64,000 nt of DNA from Euglena gracilis (lineage: Eukaryota). The position numbers and the translations under genes are program-made. The notes below the pieces were generated by a model. It searched no databases and had not been told where the DNA came from. It saw nothing but the letters and a program-made list of their open reading frames with translations. The stretch lies in contig CP154954.1 of the NCBI GenBank assembly GCA_039621445.1, positions 31,706,012-31,770,011 of the forward strand, in the 5' to 3' direction. Numbering within the stretch: position 1 is the stretch's first letter; the number at the start of each line of letters is the position of its first letter. Positions 13,872 through 25,154 of the stretch are shown piece by piece.

Positions 13872-15172
13872 ATATACAAAAATCGACCGACACTAACAAT
13901 TCCCGCAGGGGAGCCGGGCGGCTCCCTTCGCTCGCTCGCGCCCGGCGCTCCTGCTGAATCTGTGAGTGTCGGTCGATTTTTCTAAAACCTATTTTGTCTG
14001 GGCCCTAGGCCTGTCTTGATATTCATTCGACCGAACCGCCTGGACAGAAATATGGCCAAAAAAGTGGTTTTGGCCCATTATCGGGCTCCTGAATGGAAAT
14101 CGACTGACATAAACGGCGCCTGAATGGATATCGACCGACATAAACGGGGGCCTGAATGGAAATGGAAAACGACCGACATAAAGGGGCGGCTGAATGGAAC
14201 TCGACTGACATAAACGGGCGCCTGATTGGAAATCGACTGACGTAAACGGTTTCCGATGTCTTGGAAATCGACCAACCTTTTGTTTCCTTTTTTTGAATGC
14301 GTTTTTGTTCCGTTTTGGGACATTGTCAGTTTCAGCCTGAAACCCGTTAATGTCGACCAACATTTTGTCTCTTTTTTCAGAATGCTTTTTTTCTTTTTTC
14401 AATCTCTATATCAAAAACTGTGTCTTAAACGCAGACTCTGACCTGGGTCTGCGTCTCGAAACGCAGACTCAGGCCGAATAACAGACTCAGCGTTTCGAAA
14501 CACAGACTCAGGCCAGAGTCTGCGTGTTTTTTAGAAACACAGATTTTAACCAAAGCCATGTTGCTATGAACACAGCCTTGGCCCGAAATCCGATGATGTC
14601 AGTATAATTGCAATACAGGCGTCGAGCCCAGAAAGTAGGTTTGACATTGACAAATCACGCCTCACCCGAAAGCTTTTCTTTCAGATGACCAGTGATGACA
14701 ACTGGTTCAGGACAAATTTGTCGAATGCTTTTTCTGAAGGTCCAGAAAGAAAACAATCTTAAGAACCGTCCTTCCGTCTGTTCCATCCAAAGTTCAGTCA
14801 GCTGTGATCACCTGGCCACAAAATTTGGTTTTTGTCTGATCCATAACTCCTCCACAACCCCATAGGACCAAAAATGTCGAAAAAAAGGGAAATTCAAAAT
14901 GTCCAAAAAGTCACTAAAAATTCCCGATCTGACCAGCAACAGATTTCAGTGGAATGGAAATTGACCGACATAAACGGGCGCCTGAAGGGAAGTCGACCGA
15001 CATATACGGGCGCCTGAATGGAAATCGACTGACGTAAACGGGCGCATGAATGGAAAGCGACCGACATAAACGGGTGCCTGAGTGGAAATCGACCGACATA
15101 AACAATTTCAGCCCGAAATCCGTTAATTTCAGTAGAATTTCAAGACCGGCGTCGGGCCCAAAAAATGGGGTT
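13872..15172. mobile_element. Non-coding 1.3-kb insertion in pol with a terminal hairpin and two arrays of 32-bp repeats
   Basis: Removing it rejoins ARIFLKPG in frame. Hairpin AAAATCGACCGACACT...AGTGTCGGTCGATTTT at ~13878-13980; TGAATGGAAATCGACCGACATAAACGGGCGCC arrays at ~14090-14250 and ~14950-15103. Confidence 0.8.
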
Positions 15173-15779
15173 TAAAAAAATACGGGCCTCACAATGCGGT
15201 CCTCTCACGGGGGGGTTGGGCTTCACCTCATCCCCAAAAACCAAATCTTTGTAATCTTCAAAAATCTTTTGGCGCAACTCATCGACCAAAGGTTGGAACT
15301 CCCCCCACTCACGCGGCTCCGAGTGAGTGGAAATTAGCCGGATTTATTTAGTTCCACCTTCAACCGATTTCTTTAACCGTTCACACACCTCCATTCATTC
15401 CTCCTCACTTAGTTCCTCGCTTTTCTCTCCAACAAAACTTGGAACGTGAAACTGAAATTTTTCCACCTCCTGCACTTGCCCAACTGAAATTTCGTGTATT
15501 GAATCAAACCAGTCGGATTTTGTGCCTTGGAAAAAATCAGCAAGCTGAAAACGTTCGTCGATAGGCCGTCGAACCCATTTTTTCTTCCCTTTCTTTGAAC
15601 GGTGGGAAGAGTCTTGCACAAATCCCTCTTTTCTCACCTTTCGTGAATTTTTCTTGGAAAATCTTTCGATGTTGAACCGGGGGGTAGTGTCTATGATATC
15701 CGTTTCAACCCTCCCCTCAGGTTCCTCTTCAATCAAAAAATGAGCAACGTCAATTTCCTTCCAAGGCAAAGTCCGTATG

Positions 15780-16180
15780 TACCGCACTCCGTCGTTGTCG
15801 GCAAAAAGTCCATTTTCGTGGGGCAACACTCCCAATTTATTTTTCCACATCCATGGATACCCCAAAATCAGGTCAACGTGAATTTCTGCCTCGTGCAAAA
15901 TTCCACAAATTTCCAGGGGGTATTTTCTGTAGTCCCCTTTTTTCGAGCCAAAAAATTCAATTTTAGCTCCAACTCATGCTCCCCACCCGGTAAGGAATCG
16001 CTTTTCACGGTGACCAACCTCAAAGGTTCTTTTGCGGGGAAAATTTGTTTGAGCACCCGTGTCAGCCAAAGCCTTCAAAATTTTGTGTGAACCATCGGGT
16101 GCCGTAACATGAACCGACATCACCGATTGCGTTCGACCTGATTTTTTGTATAATTGACCCATTTCTGAAACTTTCACCGT
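15780..16180 (-). pseudogene. pol: Retropepsin-type aspartic protease
   Basis: LKALADTGAQTN (DTG triad) and the downstream VDLILGYPW motif. Confidence 0.85.
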
Positions 16181-16184
16181 TGTA

Positions 16185-16930
16185 CCAAAAGAAACATTCA
16201 TCGTTTGGGTGGAAACAATTATGGAGTGACGCTAAACCAGAAATATCGAGTCCCTGAAAAATTGGTCAAACGTTTGGTGCAAGGGAAACGTTTGGAGGAG
16301 AAGCACTTTCCAAAGGGGAAGGGTTCGGTGTTGACCCCCCAGGGTACCCCCTCACTGACGACCAATGACCGACATGCACGAAAAAGAAATACTTCTAGAC
16401 CCGAAGCAACTTAACTCACACCAAAACCCGGACACAAACGGTTTGCAACCCCTCCACCCGGACACAAACGGTTTGCAACCCCTCCACCGTTCCCCAAATA
16501 CGGGTGGGCTTTTTGTAGCCCCAAGGGCCAAATTGGCAATAATCAGCATCCAAAAAATACAGCACTTACATAAATTCACGGTCCTTCAAAAGGCCGTTTC
16601 GGGGATTTTCAATGTACCATTTGGGGGGTTGTAGAAAATTGATGATGGAAAGTGTCCTTTTTGCAAGATAATCGGCATACTCCAAATTCCTTTCACGTGT
16701 GGTGAGACTTTGGCTATATTCCGTACAAGGAACGGAGGCGAAAATCAAGTCCACGTCCTCTTTTTTTGAGAAATTTTTCCAAAGGCCATGTCAAAATGTC
16801 GGCCAAAATGTGGGGCTTTGCACGGAGGTTCACATCTAGTGTCAAAACATCAAACCCACATTTTTCAAGCGTTTTGGCCACAGATTTTGTTCCCAAAAAT
16901 AAGTCCAAAGCCTTTGGCTTCTTGGATGAC
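16185..16930 (-). pseudogene. C5 cytosine DNA methyltransferase domain inside the retrotransposon (frameshift, stop, inverted C-terminus)
   Basis: Motif I ALDLFLGTKS, II TLDVN, III ADIL, IV FASVPCTEYS (catalytic PC), VI YIENP, VIII-like DYCQFGPWGYKKPTRIWG. The C-terminal HRLGG..QKYRVPEKLV block lies on the opposite strand. Confidence 0.88.
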
Positions 16931-17039
16931 AAAAAGTTTTTGACTTTTTCCATGGAAATGTTTGACGGTAGCACATAATTTTTCTGCGACAAGTTTTGCG
17001 TGGGGGGCACTTGGCCAGGAGTGCCGCCCCTCAGGCACT

Positions 17040-20000
17040 CCCGGCCCCCCTAACACGAGAGGGACCCACCCTTGGCCCCTTTTCCTTTTCGTCCTTTGTC
17101 ACCACCCTCGCCTTGGCCATTGAAATTCTGCCACCCTTTTCCTCCAAAACTGCCTTTGCCACCCCCCTTGCCGCGTCCTCCCCACCATTGGGCTTGGGGC
17201 TCAAAATTTTGTGTGGGGGGTCCTTGATTTGCATCCGGCAATTTTGCCTAGCACTTAGCGGCAATATGCCCCAACTTACCACAACGTTCACACGGTGCTT
17301 TGATTACACCTTCATTGCTTTTAGTTGTGGGGGTGGGGGTATGGAGTGGTGCTTCTTCCAATTTTTGTATGGAAACGGGGGTATTCAAAATTTTTACTTT
17401 GTCCCCCCTGTCCTTTTTCGTTTGAAAATTTGCAGGAAAATTCTCATTTTCCGTTCCCGTGGGAACTTCTGTCGCCCTCATCCATTGGGGGGTTTGATTC
17501 TGTTCCGGGGGGGGAACCACGCCGCTTAAATTGAAGGGCTTTCTCCTTTTGCGTGAGCAATTTGTGCATCATTCCCATGATTTCCGTGAGGGGTAGTTGA
17601 AAATCTTTGGGGGAAACTTGCAATTTTTGCCCATTTGACAAATTTCGTCCATTGAGTGAAAGAAGCAAGTTTTTTCTCCCTTGCCGACCCAATCGTCACC
17701 TCAAAATGCGTCCCCAAAAACACTACGGAGACAAAATGTAACATGGCTCCCTCCAACGCACTCACCAAAATTCCTTGCAATTGGTGGGGATCCACCAAGG
17801 GCAAATTTCTTACCTCCACCACGTTAAAAAAAAACTTCCCGGTTCTTATTCCCTGACAATTTCCTCGTTGTAAAGTCTGGGAATATCCCGTCTTAGAACC
17901 CGATGCGCGTCGGCGTCGGTCACATCTTTTGCAAAATTTCTCAACATGAGAAAATCTGTCTCAAAACTTTTCCAATCCTCCCTAGTTAGGTTGCTTTTGC
18001 TTGAGGCGGATTTCTTCCAATTTTTGGCTTGCACAATTTCGTGCCCCACTGCAATTTTTTTTCCCAACAAGTCCCAAGCTTGTTAAAAGTTTGTGATCAT
18101 TCCCGTCCCCCTTAAGAGCCTCAAACGGTCTCATCGGTTTCATTTACGGAGGAAATCAAAAGTGACAAGAGGTCTTGGTCGTCGGTTGGACCTCTGGAAC
18201 GTCTTTGCACATATTCTTTCCATCGAAAGCGAAAATCAGGCCAATCTTCGGTGTGGCCAGAAAAATTTTCGAGTTTTGCCTCTTTTGCCACCATGGCACT
18301 CAAGGGGGATCTAACAAAAATTGGATTTTGGCTTCCAAAATTGGTGCCTCTTCCCCCCCCCCCATCCCCACCTCCACCCCAATGGGCAAAATTTGCACCG
18401 GAACAACAACGGTCGGACATTTTTGGGTTGATTCGACGGGAAAGCCCAACACGTTGATGGTGGGGGGCATATGAAAGGGGTACTTTCTGTACGGGGGGTG
18501 CTTGAACACCGGGGGGACCCACTTGTGCGGGGCCGTGGGAATCCGAATTCTGGGTGTGGGGGGTAAAAACGGGTGTTGGTTGGGTCACAGGAACGTGCAG
18601 AGTGTGGCTTTGCCAACAGGGGGTAGAGCCCACCTTATGGTGCTCCTCCCATTTGTGCAAGACCTCCACTCCGGCATGTTGCCCGAAAAAGCCGCTCCCC
18701 TACCTCCGGGCCTAGGTTGCCCGAGTAGGGAGCGACGGGGGGGGATGTTTTGAAAATATTCTAAAACCAACCCACTCACCTCTCGAGAGGGGATTGAGAG
18801 GGTATTGGTTCCCTTCTACCCAAATAGCCAAAATCCAACCCATAGCTGGTGCTTGGGGTTGCCGTGTTGTTGACCTTTCCGATCCTGTTGAGGCCTCCCG
18901 CACCGCCACCACAGCGGTGGGGGGAAAAGGGCCCCCGGACACCGCGAGAGCGGCGGTGCCGGGGTTGGGGGTCTCCCTCCTCATTGGTGGTGTATTTGGA
19001 TTTTGCCCCCGTGGACCATCCAAATTCATGGCTTGGGAAGGGGGGGAGGCTTGTCCACAGGGACCCCCTGCCCCAAAACCTTGGGAGAAAAATCGTTCAC
19101 CCACGTTTTGCATCTCAAAACGACAATTTTTTTGCTCAAGTCCAAAAATGTGAGCGGAAACACATTTTTGAAAATCCTCAACCCTGGACAAAATGGTACC
19201 AAAGGCTTTTTGACTTGCGTTTTCCAAACCAAAAGCTTGACGTTTCACTCCAAAAAGTTCTTGCCGTTTCTCATTTTCATCACGAGAAATCTTTTGGTGA
19301 ATTTGTGCCAAAATCTGATCTTGGTGCTCAAGTGAGCTTTCCAGGTTTTGAATGCGGGGGGGCAAAGTCCATTTTCTTTTCTGGTCATTCCACCCGCATT
19401 TTTTTGATCAATTTCCAACTCCATTGCGGCAATTTGTCCTATAGCCACTTCTATTTGTTCCTCAAAGTTTTGAATCCTCCCAGAAATTTGGTCAAAAAAC
19501 TTTTAATAAAGTTTCCTTTCATTCTTGACCAACTCCACATGTTTATTTAACATTCCTGAAATGATTTCTTGTCTTCCCTCAAGAAAATTAAGTCTTTCTT
19601 CAATTTTCCAGTATCCGTCCCAAGGATCCGCATCACCCCCCCTCCTCCTCCATTGGCTCGGGGGGGGGGGACTTGTGAATTTTCAGCCGGGGAGCTCTCG
19701 TGCATGGGTGTCCCACTTTCCAAAAATTGAGAATGATCATCACCCCCGCCCGTTTCTTGGGAGGGAATCGGGGAAATTTCAATCTTTGGGGGGACTCCAC
19801 ATCTCTCCAACCCACGGGATTGTGGATTTTCCATGGGCGTGGGAAAATTTTGCCCTTCCAAAACTTGCAATGGGGCAGCCAAGGTTTGAACACCGCCAAT
19901 CATGGGGGGGAAATCACCACCACCGCCAGGGATCCTTGGTTGAGATTGCTGAAGTATGAAAAAAATCTTCTGGTAATTGTCCCCTGAAAATTTTTCTTCC
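17040..20000 (-). pseudogene. gag: gag-like region with CCHC zinc knuckle and Gly/Lys-rich tail (fragmented)
   Basis: CERCGKLGHIAAKC (C-X2-C-X4-H-X4-C, ~17251-17292); LENFSGHTEDWPDFRFRWKEY gag-like block; GKGGGKG tail; lies between PBS and pol. Confidence 0.75.
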
Positions 20001-20581
20001 TTCTTCTTTTTGCAACTCCCCCCTCAAACTGTCAGTAAGTTTGGTAAGGCGACGTAATTCATTTTCCACAGAAAATTCGCCTTGTGTGATTTATGGTTTT
20101 TTTTTGCACTTTTTCCGGCACACACGTCCCAAACCATGAGGAAATTCTTTTTTCCACGAAATAGTGGAAGAGGAAGATTCTGATTCTGCTTCAAATTCTC
20201 GGGGGGGGTCTACTTCTTTTCGGGTTCTTTTCAGGTGGTTTTTCTTCGGGGGGTGTGCAGACATGCAGGCATGGGGGGGGTTGGTTTGCTGTCGTGTGTG
20301 GTGTCCGCTTGGTGATGTTCGCCAGCTGCATCAATACGGTGCCCCCCTCACCAGCTGCAGCTGCCAATAAAAACAATGTTCTTGATTCTTCTGTGTCTTT
20401 TTCTTTTTGATTTTCAAACTTCACCATTGCATCTTCTCCATTTGGGAATGCCATCGATGGCATGAGGGGGCCCATGGGCACCACCTCGGGGGGCCTGATG
20501 GCACCACCCCTTCAACTTCTTGATGTTCTTGCTCTTCTTCTTCTTGGCCAGGCCAAGCCTCCCCCGGGCCTTGGCCAGAGG

Positions 20582-20599
20582 ATCCGGGTAGGACCTCCA
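20582..20599 (-). promoter_or_regulatory. Primer-binding site, probably tRNA-Gln
   Basis: Minus-strand TGGAGGTCCTACCCGGAT directly follows the LTR CA; its complement ...GGTAGGACCT-CCA fits the 3' acceptor arm of eukaryotic tRNA-Gln. Confidence 0.7.
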
Positions 20600-21104
20600 T
20601 GAAAACCCTTTATTGGTTCGAAATTCATTCGGATCATTGGCCTCGGCTGTTTTTTGAGGGGGCTGCCGGCCTTCGAAGTAAAAATCTTCAAGTGTTTCGT
20701 TTTTTTTTTTTGATCTTGAGCTTTCCATATCAACCTTCAAATTGATTTTTTTTGTCAAATTCAGGTTCTTCCAAGCACAAACAATTTATTTTTTGTTTGT
20801 AGTCTTCACCAGTACATTGTATGGACAAAGAACCCTGTGTGTGAGATAGGGTTTGATATTTGGGGCTGTGCTTAACTAGGAATTTGCTCTGTTCCTACCG
20901 ACCGGAAAACTTCGGCCGACTGATCCAGGAAATTTCGCCAGTTAAGGCCGGCAAGGCCAAAATAGGGGTTCATGCTTCAAAGGCCTACCCACAGAACATT
21001 TTCCGAACTTTTAATTCGACTGAAATCCAAAAATGGGAATTTCAGTGATTTTCCAAGCCCCAGGACCAATTTAGGTAAAATTGTTGGTTAAGGACCACTT
21101 AACA
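20600..21104 (-). repeat. Gypsy 5' LTR (505 bp)
   Basis: TG..CA ends; homology to the 3' LTRs starts exactly at TGAAAA; PBS adjacent. Confidence 0.87.
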
Positions 21105-23676
21105 CTGGTTGCCACCTTGGCCTTTGTTCCGGCGATTTTTGGTGATGTAGATGCCTTCATGGCTGGTTGTCCAGTCATGGCCTTTGTTTCCTTGGCCTGT
21201 GCAGTTTTGGCAGCCATAGCTCACAGAATGTGTTCTTTGGATTGTTGTCCCTTGGTCCCAATGGGCGTAGTGGGCTGCTGGCCGTTCTGCCTCTTACGGG
21301 GCCTCCTGACCACTGACTGCCAGGGTCCGTGGCCATCACTTTTGGGCGGTTTGGGTTGTGGAAGTTTCTTTTGGGGCAATTTTCATTTAGTGAAGGGGCG
21401 GCCGCGGTGCATGCCGCGACCCATGCCTTCAGGTTGTCAAGCTGCTGCTGCTGCTGCTGCTCCGTCTTGAAGCTCTCCAGCGCTTCTCGTCTTGCAAATA
21501 GCATCTGCCATTGAAAATTTTCTGAAGCTTCAGCAGTATCTGCTCTGGCGTTCTGCAGAGCGTCTTTTTCCGTATAATTCGAAATGATTGAGGGACTTCT
21601 GCTCTTGTAATGGACAAGGCACTTGGCGTTCCTCTCTGACCATTCGGGCTCCACACTGCGAGATGGTGAGGTCCTGCTTTCCTTGCCGGGTGTTCTGTTC
21701 TGGTGTGTTTGTGCGTATGCGGGGGGTGCTTCTTACTGCTTTTTGTTGCCTGAGTTGGCTGATTCCTAATTCTGCCCTTCGACTACAAGGAGAAATAATT
21801 TTAACTCAACGAGTTCCACACAGTTCACTACAGCGACCTATCAATACAGCGGACGAAGAGCAATCCAGACGATAACGAAAAGCGGAGGAAGAAAATTTTG
21901 ATTTCCTGAAAGATGCAACATACCTGGTGTCCAGCGGCCCGACAGAGCAACAAAGAACCCCTGCGAAGGCAGCAGAAGCTGGAGAAGATGGAGTTCCAGC
22001 AGGCGCCGGAGCAACCCACATGGAACCAAGCTGTCATGCAGCATTACAACGAGTTTCAAGGCAGAAACCTGAAGGGGAGAAGAGTGGAGGAGGAGGAGGA
22101 GGAGCAGGAGCTGGAGACGCTGACGGAGCAGGAGCGGAGCACCAGTCCGTGGCCGTCCCCTCCCCACCTTCCAATTTCCCGGAAAGATTTTAATTCCGTC
22201 AGTTCGACGACGGCCATGGACCCTGGACATTGGTGGCCAGAAAGTCGAGGAGACAAATACACCAGCAGCACACAGCCCAGAGGGAGAGAACTGGGCAGAC
22301 AGGTCTGGAAGACTACCCTCCGGTTTCCACATCGCCACCCCCTCACCCAGGGGGAACGTTCCAAGGGGAAATGGACTGCATCAAGGGCATGACCACCCTT
22401 TTCAACAAGGCTATGACAGCCATTATTATCAAGGGCATGGAGCCCAACTGCAAGGCTATGGAAGCCCGAAGCAAGTGCTGCAAACTTGCTCCAGGGGAAA
22501 GGTTGGTCCAACTTACCCCACAGCTCTCTCAAACATGAACCCCTCAGGAGCTGCCCATTAATGCAGCAAGCAGCCCCCCTTTCGGGGACAGAAGGCCAAT
22601 GGAGGCCATTGTATTCAAAAGCAAGAGGCCAATGGGGGCCAGTGGAGGAATCAAGACGCCAAGGCCAGTGCAGGCCATTTCAATCAAAATCAGGAGGCCA
22701 TTGGGGGCCAATATATGATTCAAGATCACCACATCAACCCTTGGGGGGGAGGCCCAAGATTGGCTGCAACAGGGCCCCCCCAGAAGATAATCAGCCCAGA
22801 CACCCCAGCTTTATATGTACCTCCCACTGCAGACACAGACCTTCCCCCATCATTCAAAAACACGGGGAAAGCCTGTCTTTGGAAAGCCCTATGGCAGGGC
22901 CAGCTGCAGCCCCAGTGATGGGGCAGCCAGGGGGCAGGACCCCAGTGATGGGGCCTGTGGAATCCCCAGACACATTACATCCAGGGGTACCCCCTCATAG
23001 GGCCCTGCGGGCCAGCATTCCTCACTGGATCAAGGCAGGAGCCAGCAGAGAGGTATTAAACCTGATAAGGGAGGGGGTTATGGCAGATCTTCCCCTCCCT
23101 ACCCCCAGATAACCTTAAAAGTTCCCTTCAAAACCCCCCAAGAAATAATGACTGCCCAAAAAAATTCTGACAGAATGCGAATGTGCAGGGGCAACCAGGC
23201 AAATTCCCCCAGAGGAGGCAAAACATTTTGTCCCTTACTTCATCATTTCCAAAAAAAGAGGGGGAAAAGACAAAAGGAAAGACAAATTTCAGGCTGTCGA
23301 CAGTTAAATCTCCATTTCACCCAACAGAAGTTCAGACTGGAGCACATGGGGAACATCTTCCCATATTTAAGAAAAGGTTGGTGTTGTTGAAAAATCGATC
23401 TGAAAGAATCTTATTTACATCTGCAGCTGCACAGCAGATTAGAAAAATATGTTTGCATGCAGCTTGTGGCATTGGACATGTCCCTACGCATTCTGCAATA
23501 AAGCCTGGCGCAAATGTCAGCGCGCGCGCAGGCACACTTTTTTTTGTAAAAAATTCTGGTTGTTTGCTTTGCAGGCAATCAGCGTACAACTTTGTCCATG
23601 TTTACCTCCAAGTCTGGTGCAAATGGGATTGCGTGCAGTGGAAGTTACAAGTTATAATATTTTATGAAGAAAAACT

Positions 23677-24681
23677 GTGAAGAAAAAGGGAGATTTTTTT
23701 GAGAAGCCCAGCCCCAGCAAAAGGGCAAGAGCCCTTTTTACACAAAGTTGTATGAGTGTTGCCCATGGAGAAGGACGTGGCCAAGGTGGCGCTGCGCCGG
23801 AGACCTCAGACTGTGTTATGCATGCCAGAGATGGCCATGGGGGTCATGCCAGGAATGGCCATGGGGGCCATGCCAGGAATGGCCATGGGGGCCATGCCGC
23901 AGATGGCCATTGGGGCCATGGCACGGATGGCCATGGGGGTCATGCCGCAGATGGCCATTGGGGCCATGCTACAGATGGCCATGGGGGCCATGGTGCTGAT
24001 GCACATTCCCGTGCACGCCATCGACGAGTGGTGAAGTTGGATGGTGCTGATGCACCTGATGGCCATGGTGATTGTGGACATTCCCAGGAGTGGCATGCAG
24101 GTGAGGATGGTGATGGTGGTGGTGGCCATGGTGGCCAGAGAGATGCCCAGATGTGGCATGGGGCTGAGGGGGATGCTGCAGATGACCAAGTCCGACATGC
24201 CAGTGGAGTCCATGATGCCCGAGGTGGTGATGCCCCTGGTGGACAAGTGTCGACAGCCCTGAAGAACGACGTGAGGCTGAGGCTGCAGCTGGAGAAGGAC
24301 ATCCCCATCCTGGTGCTGTCGCCGGAGGAGTTGGTGCTGCTGCTGTTCCGAGATGCGGACGTGGCCGGCAACCTCCTCCAGTACGGGCAGCTGGACGTGG
24401 CGATGCTGATCCCCAACGTCAACGAGATGAAGACGAGGAAGATGTGGGAGGACCTCCAGCCCCATGTGACAAAGCGGTATTACTATCAGCCGAAGTGGTT
24501 TTCTGGACCGCTTTACAGCCCAACGGGGTACTGGGCCCTGAAGCTGGACTTGAGGACGAGACGAGAGGAGAGAGATGAGTGGATGGAGATTGAGGAAGAT
24601 GGGACAGCCAGATGGAAGACGCCGTCGTCCCGAAGGAGATGGCGAAGGCGGCTGCAGGCCAAAGGGGTCCAGGGCCAGTGA
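23677..24681 (+). CDS. Internal ORF of the small LTR element: His/Gly repeat N-terminus plus unknown C-terminal domain
   Basis: 334-codon open frame. The N-terminal half derives from a GGCCATGGGGGCCAT minisatellite; the C-terminal half looks protein-like (IP..W..L...YYY..W..WALKLD). Confidence 0.35.
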   Translation: MKKKGDFFEKPSPSKRARALFTQSCMSVAHGEGRGQGGAAPETSDCVMHARDGHGGHARNGHGGHARNGHGGHAADGHWGHGTDGHGGHAADGHWGHATDGHGGHGADAHSRARHRRVVKLDGADAPDGHGDCGHSQEWHAGEDGDGGGGHGGQRDAQMWHGAEGDAADDQVRHASGVHDARGGDAPGGQVSTALKNDVRLRLQLEKDIPILVLSPEELVLLLFRDADVAGNLLQYGQLDVAMLIPNVNEMKTRKMWEDLQPHVTKRYYYQPKWFSGPLYSPTGYWALKLDLRTRREERDEWMEIEEDGTARWKTPSSRRRWRRRLQAKGVQGQ

Positions 24682-25154
24682 GGCTCCTGGAGGATGCCCT
24701 GGCCTGGCATGTACGTGGCTGCAATGTCCACTGCCTGTGCTGGCTCCCTGGTGGGATGCCTCGATGTGGCATGTACGCTGCTGCCATGTCCACAGCCTGT
24801 GCCGGCTCCCTGGTGGGATGCCCCGGTGTGGCATGTGCAATTATGATATAATGGTGGACTGGACCTGCAGACTGAACCCCGAACCCCATCAGAGTGTGCC
24901 CTCGCTTTCTGCTGTCGCCCCCCCCGGCGAAGAGTTGGGTGGTAAGGCGGCGTTCGGGTGAAGAACTCGAGCTTTGGGTGGAAGAGGGATCCGAATTAGA
25001 ATTTGATTTCACAGAGAATTGCGAGAATCGTGATTAAAATGCAATTTTTATTTTGGGAAGATTTGCGAGAATCGTGGTTGTGAATGATTTTCGGGGGTGG
25101 GTGCGAGGAGTGTTGGCTCCAGAGGGATGCCCCACCCGACCTTTTTGAAGGTGG

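Larger units (their letters stand above)
9409..21104 (-). mobile_element. Ty3/Gypsy chromodomain LTR retrotransposon carrying a C5 DNA methyltransferase (degenerate, full length)
   Basis: 5' LTR 20600-21104, PBS, gag-CCHC, DNMT, PR, RT, RH, IN, CHD, PPT 9918-9929, 3' LTR 9409-9917; Gypsy order PR-RT-RH-IN. Flanks CTGC / CTGG may be a mutated 4-bp TSD. Confidence 0.9.

Noticed and set aside
16566-17010. Bacterial restriction-modification gene or contaminant
   Set aside because: It is collinear with gag and pol between LTRs, decayed like the rest of the element, and has no endonuclease partner.
20560-20599. tRNA gene
   Set aside because: Only the 3' ~18 nt match a tRNA end; there is no cloverleaf, so it is a PBS.
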